A DNA stretch of 64,000 nucleotides from Squalus acanthias (Eukaryota): assembly GCA_030390025.1 (NCBI GenBank), contig CM059431.1, positions 154,940,001-155,004,000 of the forward strand, in the 5' to 3' direction. The position numbers and the translations under genes were made by a program. Shown here one piece after another: positions 25,350-37,429 of this stretch. Position 1 is the first letter of the stretch. Each line of letters opens with the position of its first letter. Under the pieces are notes generated by a model. The model saw only the letters and a program-made list of their open reading frames with translations, was not told where the DNA came from and ran no database searches.

Positions 25350-25765
25350 GGCGCCTGCACATTGTGCACTTAAACATTGCACCTGTACACTCTATACTTG
25401 TTCATTAGGCACTAGTACATTGTTTGCCTGCACATTGAGCGCTTGAACATGGTGCACCTGTACATTATGTGCTTATACATTATGCAGTTGTATGTTGTTT
25501 GCCTGTGAATTCAGCACTTTATCATTGTGTATCTGGCAATTATGCACCTGTACATTGTGCTCTTATAGATTGTGTGCATTTACACTATTCGCCTGTACAG
25601 CGTATGTCATTGCATTCTACAGCTCCGTGTTTGTGCCTGTACGTTGACTGCCCATGCATTGTACGCCTGTACATTGTGCGCCTGCTCCTAGTGTGCCTTT
25701 ATTGTTATGGCTGCACAGTATACACTTCTATATAGTGCCAGCTGTACATTGTATACTTGTTTATT
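25350..25765. repeat. Degenerate ~16-bp minisatellite (TGCACCTGTACATTGT-like)
   Basis: Recurring GC(A/G)CCTGTACATTGT / TGCACATTG motif. Confidence 0.7.
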
Positions 25766-26344
25766 TTGTGTGAAAATACTTGGAATGCATTTCAGGGAAT
25801 TGTACGGCTTTCTTCATGCCAGAGAAAGAAAACAACGACTTACTTTTCTCTCACTTCTTTCACGAAAGTGTTCGGTAATGAGTGAAATGTACCTGTTAAC
25901 CGCCTGACCAGTTTTGCTTCGAGGCCCAAACAGTGGCGCAGGGAAACGGAGAATCGGGATGAAAGTGAAAACCACTTCAATTAATAACCCACTAAATCCA
26001 TTGTGGTTTAATGGTTAGTAGTGCGCCAATTCAATTGTATCTACGATTAGTATTATACATTCAAACTCAGACAAATGGGAGTAACTTTAGTTTAGCCACC
26101 CAATTTTCACTTCCATTAACTTTAATCGGGCAAGGTGTATAATGGGCCGATAATTCGATATCGCGGATTTTACGACACTTTCGAATATTAAAATCATCTC
26201 CTAGGATTTAGTGTTGGGAACATGTGAGCAGGTGGGGATAACTTCGATGTATCCGTGGTATGGTACATTGCTTCTTTAACCTGACGCCCTTCATCGCGCA
26301 CAGAATTATTGCTCGAAACTGATAAATAAAAGAACAGCAACGGG

Positions 26345-27105
26345 ATTGTTGGGGAGGGATTAAACTAAAGTGGCAGGGGGTTGGGAACCTGAGCAGGGAG
26401 ACAGAGGAACGGGAAATAAGGATAAAAGCTAAAGACAGGAAGGAGAAAAACAAAAGTAGAAGGCAAAGAACTCAACTGTTTAAATCAAACATGGTCCTAG
26501 TAAATAATAATTCATATAGGTCTGAAAGCGTAAAAAAAACAAGCCTGAAAGCTTTGTGTCTTAATGCAAGGAGCATTCGGAACAAGGTGGATGAATGTGC
26601 TGCGCAAATAGAGGTAAATGAATACGATTTGATTGGGATTACAGAAACCTGGCTCCAGGGTGGCCAAGGCTGGGAACTCAACATCCAGGGTTATTCAATA
26701 TTTAGGAAAGATAGGCAAAAAAAAAGGGAGGTGGGGTAGCTATGCTGGTTAAAGAGGGGATTAACACAATTGAAAGGAAGGATATTAGCTCTGATGATGC
26801 GGAATCTGTATGGGTAGAACTGAGAAATAACAAGGGGCAGAAAACGCTAGTGGGAGTGGTATATAGACTTCCAAACAGTAATATGGAGGTTGGGGTTGGC
26901 ATTAAAAGGGAAATTAGAGAAGCATGCAGTAAGGGCACAGCAGTCATCATGGGTGACTTTACTTGACATATAGATTGGGCTAACCAAATTAGTAAAAATA
27001 CTGTGGAGGAGGAATTCCTAGAATGTTTACGAGATGGTTTTCTGGAACAATATGTCGAGGAACCAACCAGAGATCAGGCCATCTTCGACTGGGTATTATA
27101 TAAAG
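26345..27105 (+). mobile_element. CR1 ORF2 5' fragment (APE endonuclease), truncated by a Penelope element
   Basis: LKALCLNARSIRNKVDE, ITETWLQ, ESVWVELRNNKGQKTLVGVVYR, GDF; close to the 9212-9900 copy. Confidence 0.92.
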
Positions 27106-29250
27106 AGAAAGACCAACCGCAACATCGTCATCAAACCAGCGGACAAAGGAGGAGCCATCGTCATACAGAACAGAATGTACTATTGCAAAGAAGCATACCG
27201 ACAACTGGACAACCTGGAACACTACAGACAGCTACCCGCAGATCCGACCAAAGAACACAGCCGCCAACTCAATAGACTGATCAAGACCTTCGATCCAGAC
27301 CTTCAAAACACCCTACGCGCTCTCAACCTACGTACTCCTCGCGTAGGAGACTTTTACTGCCTCCCAAAGATACACAAAACAAACACACCCGGACGTCCTA
27401 TCGTATCAGGCAACGGAAACCTATGTGAGAACCTCTCTGGGTACATCGATGGCATTCTGAAACCCATCGTACAGGCAACCCCCAGCTTCTGTCGCGACAC
27501 TACAGACTTCTTGCGGAAACTCAGCACCCATGGACTAGTTGAACCAGGAACACTCCTCGCCACGATGGACGTATCGGCACACTACACCAGTATCCCCCAC
27601 GATGACGGCATCGCTGCGACAGCCTCAGTACTCAACACCAACAACAGCCAATCTCCAGACGCCATCCTACAACTCATCCGCTTCATCCTTGACCACAATG
27701 TCTTCACCTTCGACAAACAGTTTTTTACCCAAACACACGGAACAGCCATGGGGACCAAATTCGCACCCCAATACGCCAACATCTTCATGCACAAGTTCGA
27801 GCAAGACTTCTTCGCTGCACAGGACCTCCAACCAACGCTGTACACCAGATACATCGATGACATCTTCTTCCTTTGGACCCACGGCGAAGGATCACTGAAA
27901 GGACTACACGATAGCATCAACAGGTTCCATCCCACCATCAAACTCACCATGGACTACTCCTCAGAATCGGTTTCATTCTTGGACACACGAATCTCCATCA
28001 AAGATGGACGCCTCAGCACTTCACTCTACCGCAAGCCCACGGACAACCTCACGATGCTCCACTTCTCCAGCTTCCACCCTAACCACGTTAAAGAAGCCAT
28101 CCCCTATGGAAAAGCCCTGCGAATACACAGGATCTGCTCAGACGAGGAGGAACGCGATCGACACCTACGGACACTGAAAGACGCCCTCGTAAGAACGGGA
28201 TATGACGCTCGACTCGTCGATCGACAGTTCCGACGGGCCACAGCGAAAAACCGCACAGACCTCCTCAGAAGACGAACACGGGACACAACCAACAGAGTAC
28301 GCTACGTCGTCCAGTACTTCCCCGGAGCGGAGAAACTACGCCATGTTCTTCGCAGCCTTCAACATGTCATCGATGACGACCAACACCTTGCTAAGGCCAT
28401 CCCCACGCCTCCACTACTCGCCTTCAAGCAGCCACCTAACCTCAAATGTACCATCCTTCGCAGCAAATTACCCAGCTGTCAGGAGAACAGCGACCACGAC
28501 ACCACACAACCCTGCCACGGCAACCTCTGCAAGACATGCCAGATCATGAACACAGATACGGTCATCACACGTGAGGACATTACCCACCAGGTACATTATA
28601 CATACTCATGTGACTCGGCCAACGTTGTCTACCTGATACGTTGCAGTAAAGATGCCCCAGAGCATGGTACATCGGCGAGACCATGCAGACATTGAGACAA
28701 CGTATGAACGGACACCGCGCAACAATCGCCAAGCAGGATGGTTGCCTCCCAGTCGGGGAACACTTCAGCAGTCAAGGGCATTCAGCCTCGGAACTGCAGG
28801 TTAGCGTTCTCCAAGGCGGCCTTCTTGATACATGACAACGCAAAATCATCGAGCAGAAACTGATAGCCAAGTTCCGCACTCAGGAGGACGGCCTCAATCG
28901 GGATGTCGGGTTCAAGTCACGCTATAGAACTTGACTTGACATCGTTGCCGGTCTTTCCAGTTTAAAAAAAAACACAAGAAACAAACACAAAAAATGGAGA
29001 GGATATGCAGCCAGCAGGTGTTCTGATGCGTCGGACCCCCTGGGACACATCTCATTGTCTTGGCTGTGCTCTTAGTGTGTCTTTGATGTAGGGAAAGATT
29101 TAATCTATGCATTTTCTCTGTGTTTTTATATTCTGTGAATTCTGATAGATTCTCTCACAGTAACTTTGCCTGACGAAGGGGCGACAGCTCCGAAAGCTTG
29201 TAATTTTAAAAAATCTGTTGGACTATAACCTGGTGTTGTGCGACTTCTCA
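27106..29250 (+). mobile_element. Penelope-like retroelement (RT plus GIY-YIG endonuclease), 5'-truncated
   Basis: ORF with IVIKPADKGGAIV, FYCLPKIHK, PGRPIVSG, MDVSAHYTSIPH, GTAMG, RYIDDIF, FLD and YRKPTD. Then CHGNLCKTC and NVVYLIRC; after a frameshift at ~28650, WYIGETMQTLRQRMNGHR (GIY-YIG). Confidence 0.95.
29166..29203 (+). ncRNA. Minimal type I hammerhead ribozyme motif in the Penelope terminal region
   Basis: TTGC-CTGACGA-A-GGGGC(GACA)GCTCC-GAAA-GC-TT-GTAA: both catalytic boxes, a 5-bp stem II, a 4-bp stem I and a palindromic AGCT in place of stem III. Confidence 0.7.
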
Positions 29251-29521
29251 TTTTTATCATTTTTTAGTCATGCTTTGCTGGTTTTTAAACATTTCCAATC
29301 CTTGGCCTTCCTCTAATCTTCGCAACATTATATGCTTTTCTTCTCAAGTTGACACCATCCTTTACTTTCTTACATATTCACGTATGGTTCATCTTTCTCT
29401 TAGAGTCTTTTTTTTCTCCGAGTGTTATGAAATAACAGCAGCTTTTCGAATTGTTTGAGACTATTTGGAGTGTCAATGAATACTTGAAAAACAAATCTCA
29501 AACATATTCTATCATTTACAG

Positions 29522-29650
29522 AGATTGACGATACTGCAATAATGGACAAACAAGGCAAGATAATCGTCACGGTTGCAGTCTCAGTTGCAATACTGGTGGG
29601 AGCAGTAGGAGTTCTTGTGACGTGTTATTGGACAAACCAGAAAAATAGCG
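29522..29650 (+). CDS. Candidate host exon encoding a single transmembrane/signal-anchor helix (IDDTAIMDKQGKIIVTVAVSVAILVGAVGVLVTCYWTNQKNS)
   Basis: Acceptor TCATTTACAG| and donor G|GTAAGA; 129 bp, open frame, ~22 hydrophobic residues. ATG at 29542 is in strong Kozak context (ATAATGG). Lies in non-repetitive sequence. Confidence 0.7.
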
Positions 29651-30802
29651 GTAAGATTGCACCGCCGACTGTAATGATGAAGGAAATACAAATAAAAAAA
29701 TAACCAGTTGCATTTTTGGTGTAGTAAAAGAAATACACCACATACTTTGTTATTGTCTCCCTAAATTATCCACCTCTACGTCATCAGGTAATCATTAAAC
29801 TTATGCTCAAAAACCTACTTTTTTGACTGCACTTCATTTACATCTTCTTGAACCCTTATTATCATTTTCGTTGTCCCGGATGTGTGCGTTCTTGCTTCAG
29901 TAAAACTTCCTTTAGGCGCCTTGGAATATTTATATTCCACGTTAAAGACGCCGTACAAATATACGTTGTTGATGATGACGTTTTGTCTTTATTAATAGAG
30001 ATAACTCTCACGCCTTTCTCCGATCAGACTCCCGCAAATGCCTCTGAGTTTTATAGTGATGTACTATCAGTTCTTTAATTATACCAGCTACAGTCATGCA
30101 TTGGATAAATTATTGATGACTGCGTGATTATTTTCTATTCATATCGCAAACTGTTTTCCCAAAATTATTTCCTTATTACTCGGTGTAATGATATCCACAA
30201 AAATTAGTGTGATTGCAATTGAGTTCAAAATATTTCCAATTCACTTGTTAACCCGATCACCGTTTCCTTTCGCTGTTCAATGGTATGTCTTGTACTTTTG
30301 AGCACCCGCTTGATCTTGGAGTTAAGGGAAATAAATGAATGTAACATTCATCAATCGATGGGTTTCGAGTCGGACGCCCCCGTATACTGACAACGCAACA
30401 TTCCTGCCAATAAAGGGAATATAACTCTTTTATTATCTGATAAATTAATTTCAGGTAAATCACAGCAGGATGCCGTTTAAGTGAGCAACGTCAAGAGGAA
30501 GTATCTTTGTCGGCGGGGGGAAGAGAGGGAATAACGAAATACATGTGATCCATAAGGAGTTAGTGAAGCATGGGGAGGCAGAACTAACAAAAAATGAAGT
30601 AGGCAGATGCCCGGATGAAGTAGGGTACGATGCGGGAAAAGTATGGAGAGCGAAATGTGAATTACATGCGGTTACGTAGGAGATACCTCAAAGAACAGTC
30701 GATTCCGCCCAACCAGACCATGCCGGCGTTTGTGCTCCACTCAAGCTGTGGAAATGCAAGTTGTTGTTGTGAATTATGTGACTTATGTCTTTATTATACT
30801 AG

Positions 30803-30858
30803 GTATGAAACAGCAGGAAACTGAGTTTTACAATGCCTCAAACTTAGTTCTAAATTAA
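30803..30858 (+). CDS. Possible short terminal exon (GMKQQETEFYNASNLVLN*) in phase with the TM exon
   Basis: Acceptor TTTATTATACTAG|GT, phase 1; AATAAA downstream at ~31432 and ~31568. Confidence 0.3.
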
Positions 30859-31644
30859 TTTCGCAAAATAACTTCAACTATATTTTGGAGAAATTACTGA
30901 TCCGAGACTGAAACTACATTTCCCCAGTGGGGAAAGGAAAGGACACTGACTGATAGTTTGATTGGACGCACGTGAGTGAACACACACAGCGAGACACGCG
31001 CACAAGTGGAGAATTGTGATTGTAAAACAGCAGTTAAATCTACCACTTGTATATTAATGGCCAATTCTGAGATTGTCAGACCCATAATTATATTCCAGAA
31101 ATCAATGCTGTTCATCATCTCACTGTTTAAAGTTACATGATTCATAATATTATTCATAAGTGTTAATAATAATGGAACAGTGGTAAATGACCTCACCTCC
31201 TATAGTGCTGATTCTTCAACTGCTGACACCATGAGAGATATGGTCAATATATTCAAATAGAAGCACCAAACAGGACACATCTCCAGTAACACACGGACAA
31301 TGTCACAGCCCAAAAAGATCAGAGGGATCACATCCAGACATATATTGTGTGTGGATAGATATCATAGTCATAAACTACCAGAATTTAATAACAAATCTGA
31401 GCAAATCCAAAATATTAAACAAAAATCGGTGAATAAATACAATATTATACCACCAGAGTGTAAAACCTACTGAAGGATCATTTAATTCATCAATGATCAC
31501 AAGCTCCATATTTCCCTGCAGAATATTCTCTACCTCAGGAATAAGGCTGGTTTTGGCGTGCACTGTGAATAAAGCTTACAAACGGGCACTCTCAGTCCGG
31601 AATCCCGGTCGACGGGAGCCCATCTGGAACTCGGTTGTGGAGAT

Positions 31645-34600
31645 CAACAACAAATTGTATTTATATAGCGCTTCGAACGGAGTAAAACGTCCCAAATGCG
31701 CTTCACATGTATATTATAAGACAAAAACTTGATACCGAGCCAGGTAAGGAGAAATTAGGTTAGATAACTAAAAGCTTGGTCAAATAGGTTGGTTTTATGT
31801 AGCGACTTAAAGAAGGAAAGTGAAGTAGAGAGTCGGAGAGGTTTAGGGAGGGATTTCCAGAGCTTAGGGCCGAGGCAACAGATGGCACGGCCACCAATGC
31901 TTCAGCGATTATTATCAGGGATGCTCAAGAGGGCAGAAATATAGGAGCGCATTTATCTCGCGGGGGCGGGGGGGGGCTTTTTATTCGTTTACGGGATGTG
32001 GGCGTCGCTGGAAAGGCCAGAATTTATTGCCCATCCCTAATTGCCCTTGAGAAGGTGCTGGTGAGCTGCCTTCTTGAAAAGCTGCAGTCCGTGTGGTGAA
32101 GATACTCCCATAGTGCTGTTATTTCGAGAGTTCCAGGATTTTGACCCAGCGACGATGACGTATCGGCGATATACTTCTAAGTCAGGATGGTGTGTGACTT
32201 GAAGGGGAAACCTGGAGGTGGTGGTGTTCCCATGCGCCTGCTTCCCTTGTCCTTCTAGGTGGTAGAGGTCGCGGGTTTGGGAGGTGTTGCCAAAGTATCC
32301 TTGGCGTGTTGCTGCAGTGCATCTTCTCGAAAGTACACACTGCAGCCACAGTACACCGGTGGTGGAGGGATTGGATGTTTAACGTGGTGGATGGGGTGCC
32401 AACAAGCGGGCTGCTTTGACCTGGATTGTGTCGGGGATCTTGAGTGTTGCTGGAGCTGCACTCATCAAGGCAAGTGGAGAGTATTCCATCACACTCCTTA
32501 CTTGTGATTTGTAGATGATGGAAAGACGTTGGGGAGGCAGGAGTTGATACACTCGCCGCAGAGTACCTAGCCTCTGACCTGCTCTTGTTGCCACAGTTGT
32601 TATGTGGCTGATCTAGTTAAATTTCAGTACAACGGTGACCCCCAGGGTGTTGATGGTTGGGGATTCGGCGATGGTAATGCCGTTGAATGTCAAGCGGAGG
32701 TGGTTAGACTCTCGCTTGTTGGAGATCGTCATTGCTGGGTACTTCTGTGGCACGAATGTTACCTGACAATTATCAGCAAAAGCCTGAACGTCGTCCAGGT
32801 CTTGTTGCATGCGGGCATGGACAGCTTCATTATCTGAGCTGTTGTGAATGTCGCTGAACACTGTGCAGTCATCAGCGAACATCCCCATTTCTGACCTTAT
32901 GTTGGAGGGAAGGTCATTGATGAAGCAGCTGAAGATTGTTGGGTCTAGGACACTGCCCTGAGGAACTCCTGCAGCGATGTCCTGGGGCTGTGATGATTGA
33001 GCTTCAAACACCAGAACCATCTTCCTTTGTGCTGGATATGTCTCCAGCAATGGAGCGTTTCCCCCCCCCCCCCCCGATTCCCATATGACTTCAGTCTTAC
33101 TAGGGCTCCTTGATGCCACACGCAGTCAAATGCTGCCTTGATGTCAAGAGCAGTTACTCTCACCTCCTGAGTCCATGTTTGAAACAAAGCTGTGATAAGG
33201 TCGGGAGCTGAGTGGACTTGGCGGATCCCAAACTGGGCAACAGTGAGCAGGTTATTTGTGAGTTAGTGCCGCTTGATAGCACTATCGATGAAACATTCAA
33301 TCACATGGCTGATGATTGAGATTAGACTAATCGGGCGGTAACTGGCTGAGTTGGATTTGTTAGTCTTTTTGTGGACAGGACATACCTGGGCAGTTTACCA
33401 GTCGGATAGATGCCAGTGTTGTAGCTGTACTGGAACAGCTTGGCTAGAGGCGCGGCTAGTTCTGGAGCACAAGTCTTCAGCACGATAGCCGGGATGTTGT
33501 CGGGGTACCAAGCCTTTGCTGGAAGACACTAGAGGTAGGGAGGGTCGAGGCCATGGAGGGAATTGAAAACAAGGGTGAGAATTTTGAATTGAGGCGTTGC
33601 TTAACCCGGAGCCAATGTCGTTCAGCGAGCACAGGGGTGATGGGTGAACGGGACTTGGTGTGAGTTAGGGCACGTGCATCAGAGATATGGATAAAGTCAG
33701 GTTTACGTTGGGTAGATTGTGGGAGGCCAGCCAGGAGTGCGTTGGAATATTCAAGTCGAGAGGTAACAAAGGCATGGATGAGGGTTCCAGCAGCAGATGT
33801 GCTGAGGCACAGGCGGAGACGGACGATGTTACAGAGGTGGAAATAGGCGGTATTAGTTATGCCGCAGATAGGTGGTCAAAAGCTCAGTTCAGTGTCAAAA
33901 ATGACTATATGTTTGCCAAGAGTGTGGTTCGGGCTCAGGCAGCTGTTAAGGAGAGGGATGGAGTCGGTGGCGGGAATGAAAACAATATCTTAGCAGTATT
34001 TGACTGGAGTACATTTCTGCTCATTCACAACTGGATGTTGGACAAGCAGTCTGACAATTTAGAGACCGTGGAGGGCTCGAGAGAAGTGGCAGTGAGGTAG
34101 AGCTGGATGTCGTCAGCGTACATGTGGGAACTGAAGCTGTGTTTTCCGATGATGTCGTCAAGGGGCAGCATGTACATGAGGAATTGCAGGGGGCCAAGGA
34201 TAGATTCTTGTGGGACACCAGACGAAACCTTGTGGGAGCGGGAAGAGAAGTCATTCCAGGTGTGTCTCCGGCTACAGCAGATAAGAATGGAACCAGACGA
34301 GTGCAGCCCCACCCACCCCCCACCCCGCAGCTGTACGACGGTGGAAAGGCGCTGGAGGACTGTGGAGTGGTCAACCGTGTCAAAGGCTGCTGAGAAGTTG
34401 AGAAGGACGAGGAGGGATATTTTGTCTTTCTCAAAGTCGCAAACGGTGTCATTTGTGACTTCGATGAGAGCCGTTTCGGTACTGTGGCAATAGTGGAAAC
34501 CTGATTGGTGGGATTCAAACATGGAGTTCCGGGAAAGATGGGCATGGATTTGGGAGGTGACAACATGTTCAAGGACATTGGAGCGGAAAGGGAGGTAGGA

Positions 34601-36570
34601 AATGGGGCGAAAGATTGCAAGGTCGGAGGAGTCGAGGGTTGTTTTTTTGAGGAGAGTGGTGATGATGGCAGGTTTGAAGGATAGGGGCACAGTAGCTGAG
34701 GAGAGAGAACCATTAACAATGTCAGCTAAGAAAGGAGCCAGACATGGAAGTTGAGTGTTCAGCAGTTTGCTGGGAATAGGGTCGAGGGAGCAGGACGTGG
34801 GTCTCATATGAGCACGGCGAAGTCAGGAGCGGAGATCGGAGAGAAACTGAAGAAAATTGCCAGTTCAGGGGTGGGGCAGGGGGGAGACTTAGGGGAAGTT
34901 TGGCCTGGTGGGCTAAGGGAAGGAAGAGAAGTGGCAGAGGCAGCTGATAGTAGGGTGTCAATCGTAGAAACAAAGAAGTTCATGAGCTCCACGCTCTTGT
35001 TATTTGAGGTGAGAGTGGAGGAGACAGGGAATAGGGGTATAAGAAGTTGGTTAGCAGTGGAGAATTGAAGCCAGGGTTTAGCTTTGCATTCCAATAATGA
35101 TTCTGGAAAAGTCAGCATTTTTGGCAGACGGGAGCAAGAACCCATAATGCTTTATGTGGTCCAGCCAGATGTGATGACGAAAGACTAAATCAGTTGTCCG
35201 CCATATCTGTCCAAGTCTGCGTCTCTTGGACTTAAGGGAGCTAAGATCAGATCCATACCTGTTGGAGCAGCCAGGGTGAGACAGTGTAATTGATTTAATA
35301 GGGACTACGGCATCGAAGGTGGTGGTGAGGGTGTGGTTGAACAGATCGGTAGCTGCAGAAATTTTGTGGTGAATGGAGGGCCAAAGGCTGTTTTTTGGGA
35401 TTTCATAAGTGCAGTTGTAAGAGAGTTGGGAGAGAGTTTTTTTTCCAGGGGAGGAAACAGAATGTAGTAGGGGGGTGGGAGGTGGGTGGAGAGTGACAAA
35501 AGCAAATGGTCAGAGAAGGATTTAACTGCGATTGACACGATGGGTGTAGCGAGGCCACGAGAGATGGTAAGGTCGAGGGTGTGGCCCTGAATATGGGTTG
35601 GGGCGTTTACATGGAGGGAGAGATTAAGGGAGTTTGCAGGGCAGTGAACTCAGTGGAGAGAGAGCATCATGAATTGAGATGAAGGTTGAAATCACCGAGG
35701 AGGAGAAGTCGCTCGGTGCAGATGCTGAGGGAGGAGATCAGTGAAGCTATCTCGGTGATAAAATTATAATGTTAATTGGGTGGGGGATAGAGAACGAGAA
35801 TTTTAAATGTGGTGAGAGTTGTGGAATAATGTCTGATGCTCAAAGGAGGATAACGTGGTGGAGGAGTAGGGAGACAGACCAAGGTGAGATTTGGTGATAA
35901 GAGCCACACTGCCCCCATGGCTGTCTTGGCTGGGCAAGTGGTGGAAGGTATAGCCAGGTGGGGAGGCTTCATTTTAGGGTAAGGTGTCATCACCCCTTGC
36001 CACGTTTCCGTCAGGGCCATGATGTCGATGAAATCATCCATGATAAACTCATGGATTGCAAGGACCTTGTTCGATGGCGAATGGACATTCTGGAGAGAAA
36101 TGGGGAGAGGTTCGGCGATGGCTAACGCATTGCCAGTGTCCACAGGTTTAGCGCTGGGAGTGGTGAGTTAGACAGGAAGGAGATTGGCAAGATTAGCACT
36201 CAGCGTGTAGACTGGGCGGGAAGGTCGGCGAAAGAGTAGGATAATACATTTGGGGTTGCTGCTCGTGAGGAGGCAGCAACGAATGCCACCGTAGGCCGTT
36301 CGGAGAATGCAAAGACAGGCACAGAGGAAAGCTGTAGACTTATCTAAGAGGGTTTCAAGGCTGGGAAGTCAACAGGAGATTAGGAAGGTCGAAGAGTAAT
36401 GAAGGGTTGGTGTAGGGATTTGGAAGAGCAGTGTATCCGAGAGAGGAGAGATGAAAGGAGGCATAATGAGAGCAGAGAGCTATCAGGGAGGTATAGAGAG
36501 TTAAGGTAAAGGAGAGAAAAGAGTGGAAATAGAAGTGAACAGCTCGTATCCGCAGCGCCAGTCAACATGC
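31645..36570 (-). mobile_element. L2 LINE, near full ORF2 (APE plus RT), decayed, interrupted at 31978-33521
   Basis: Minus ORFs 35772-36143 (LQNVHS, MALTETW), 34804-35145 and 34025-34807 (SCSLDPIP, FRPISYLP, QSGF..HSTETAL, FSAAFDTVDH, GVPQESILGP, YADDIQLY). L2 tail ..TATATAAATACAATTTGTTGTTG at ~31645. Confidence 0.9.
31978..33521 (-). mobile_element. 5'-truncated copy of the poly-A-tailed LINE family at 1-1607, nested in the L2
   Basis: [39 protein letters not shown]; same 3' UTR and T-run at ~31978. Confidence 0.92.
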
Positions 36571-36795
36571 AAACACAAGATCAGCAGAAATCTCTGGTTT
36601 TCATTGGGCAGCTGTCTTTGTCACACCTGATGTGACATGTTGATCATAACACTCGGGAAATGTTCACACACAGAGCTAACAGCTGTTGTACTGATGGCGG
36701 AGGAGGGATTTGATATCATGTTTAACAAGGCAGCGTTCTCCTTCTCATTTTAATACTTCCATCTAACACTCCTGTTAATATTATATTTATTACAG

Positions 36796-36891
36796 AGCAT
36801 CAGAATATTGAAACGCCTGTCCCGACCATGGCTGAAGGTCCAAACAGGGAAGAAGATCTTGCATCTTCAAAAATGATTAGGAAAGACACAG
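36796..36891 (+). CDS. Candidate 96-bp host exon (HQNIETPVPTMAEGPNREEDLASSKMIRKDT), resembling the N-terminus of chondrichthyan NLR-like proteins
   Basis: Acceptor TTTATTACAG|, donor G|GTAGGT, open frame, symmetric phase 1. Length, frame and splice sites are conserved in the paralogue at 57314-57409. The NLR resemblance is from recollection, not a search. Confidence 0.6.
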
Positions 36892-36989
36892 GTAGGTTCA
36901 GAATATGCTTTAGCATATAATTCCTGTCCTTGCAAATGGTCCAGATCACGTGCAAGAACCTGTAGCTCAAACAGGAAGAGGGAACAGGA

Positions 36990-37428
36990 CAGGGGTTGAG
37001 TAGAAAAAGCGATGTGAGTGACCATCTGGAGGGGCATCACAGTCACAGGTGGAGTGAGCCACTGAGTACTGGAACTGTTCAATAGATACCTGGTATTGTG
37101 GACTGTAAGGTGGATAGAGACAGTGACTCAGAGGAGAGTCTTCCTGTGCAACAATGTGGTACCAGGGAGCAGGATGCCACCCAAAGTGGGGTGAGAGACA
37201 TATGATGCATTGGAAAAGTAGATCAATAGTGGTGGGACTTTTAATATTCAGGGGAATAGACAGACTCCTATGCAGCCCAGAGCAGGTGCCGAATATTAAG
37301 ATGCCTCCCTGGTGTCAGAGGGAACAACATCCTGGAACAGGTGGGAACATCTCTGGGATGGAAAGGAGAGCAGAAATTACCCATGGTCGGAAACAGTAAC
37401 ACGGATAGAAAAACATTTATAGAGTGAA
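36990..37428 (+). mobile_element. Highly decayed CR1 ORF1 (esterase) remnant
   Basis: SIVVGLLIFRGIDRLLC and CTCCCTGGTG (LPG) motifs; paralogous to 57510-57930. Confidence 0.6.
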
Positions 37429-37429
37429 T

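Noticed and set aside
25961..25970. IRF/ISRE-like GAAAGTGAAA upstream of the candidate immune gene
   Set aside because: A single 10-mer with no supporting promoter evidence could easily occur by chance.
26077..26202. Possible tiny MITE with weak inverted ends
   Set aside because: The TIR match is too poor and no TSD is evident.
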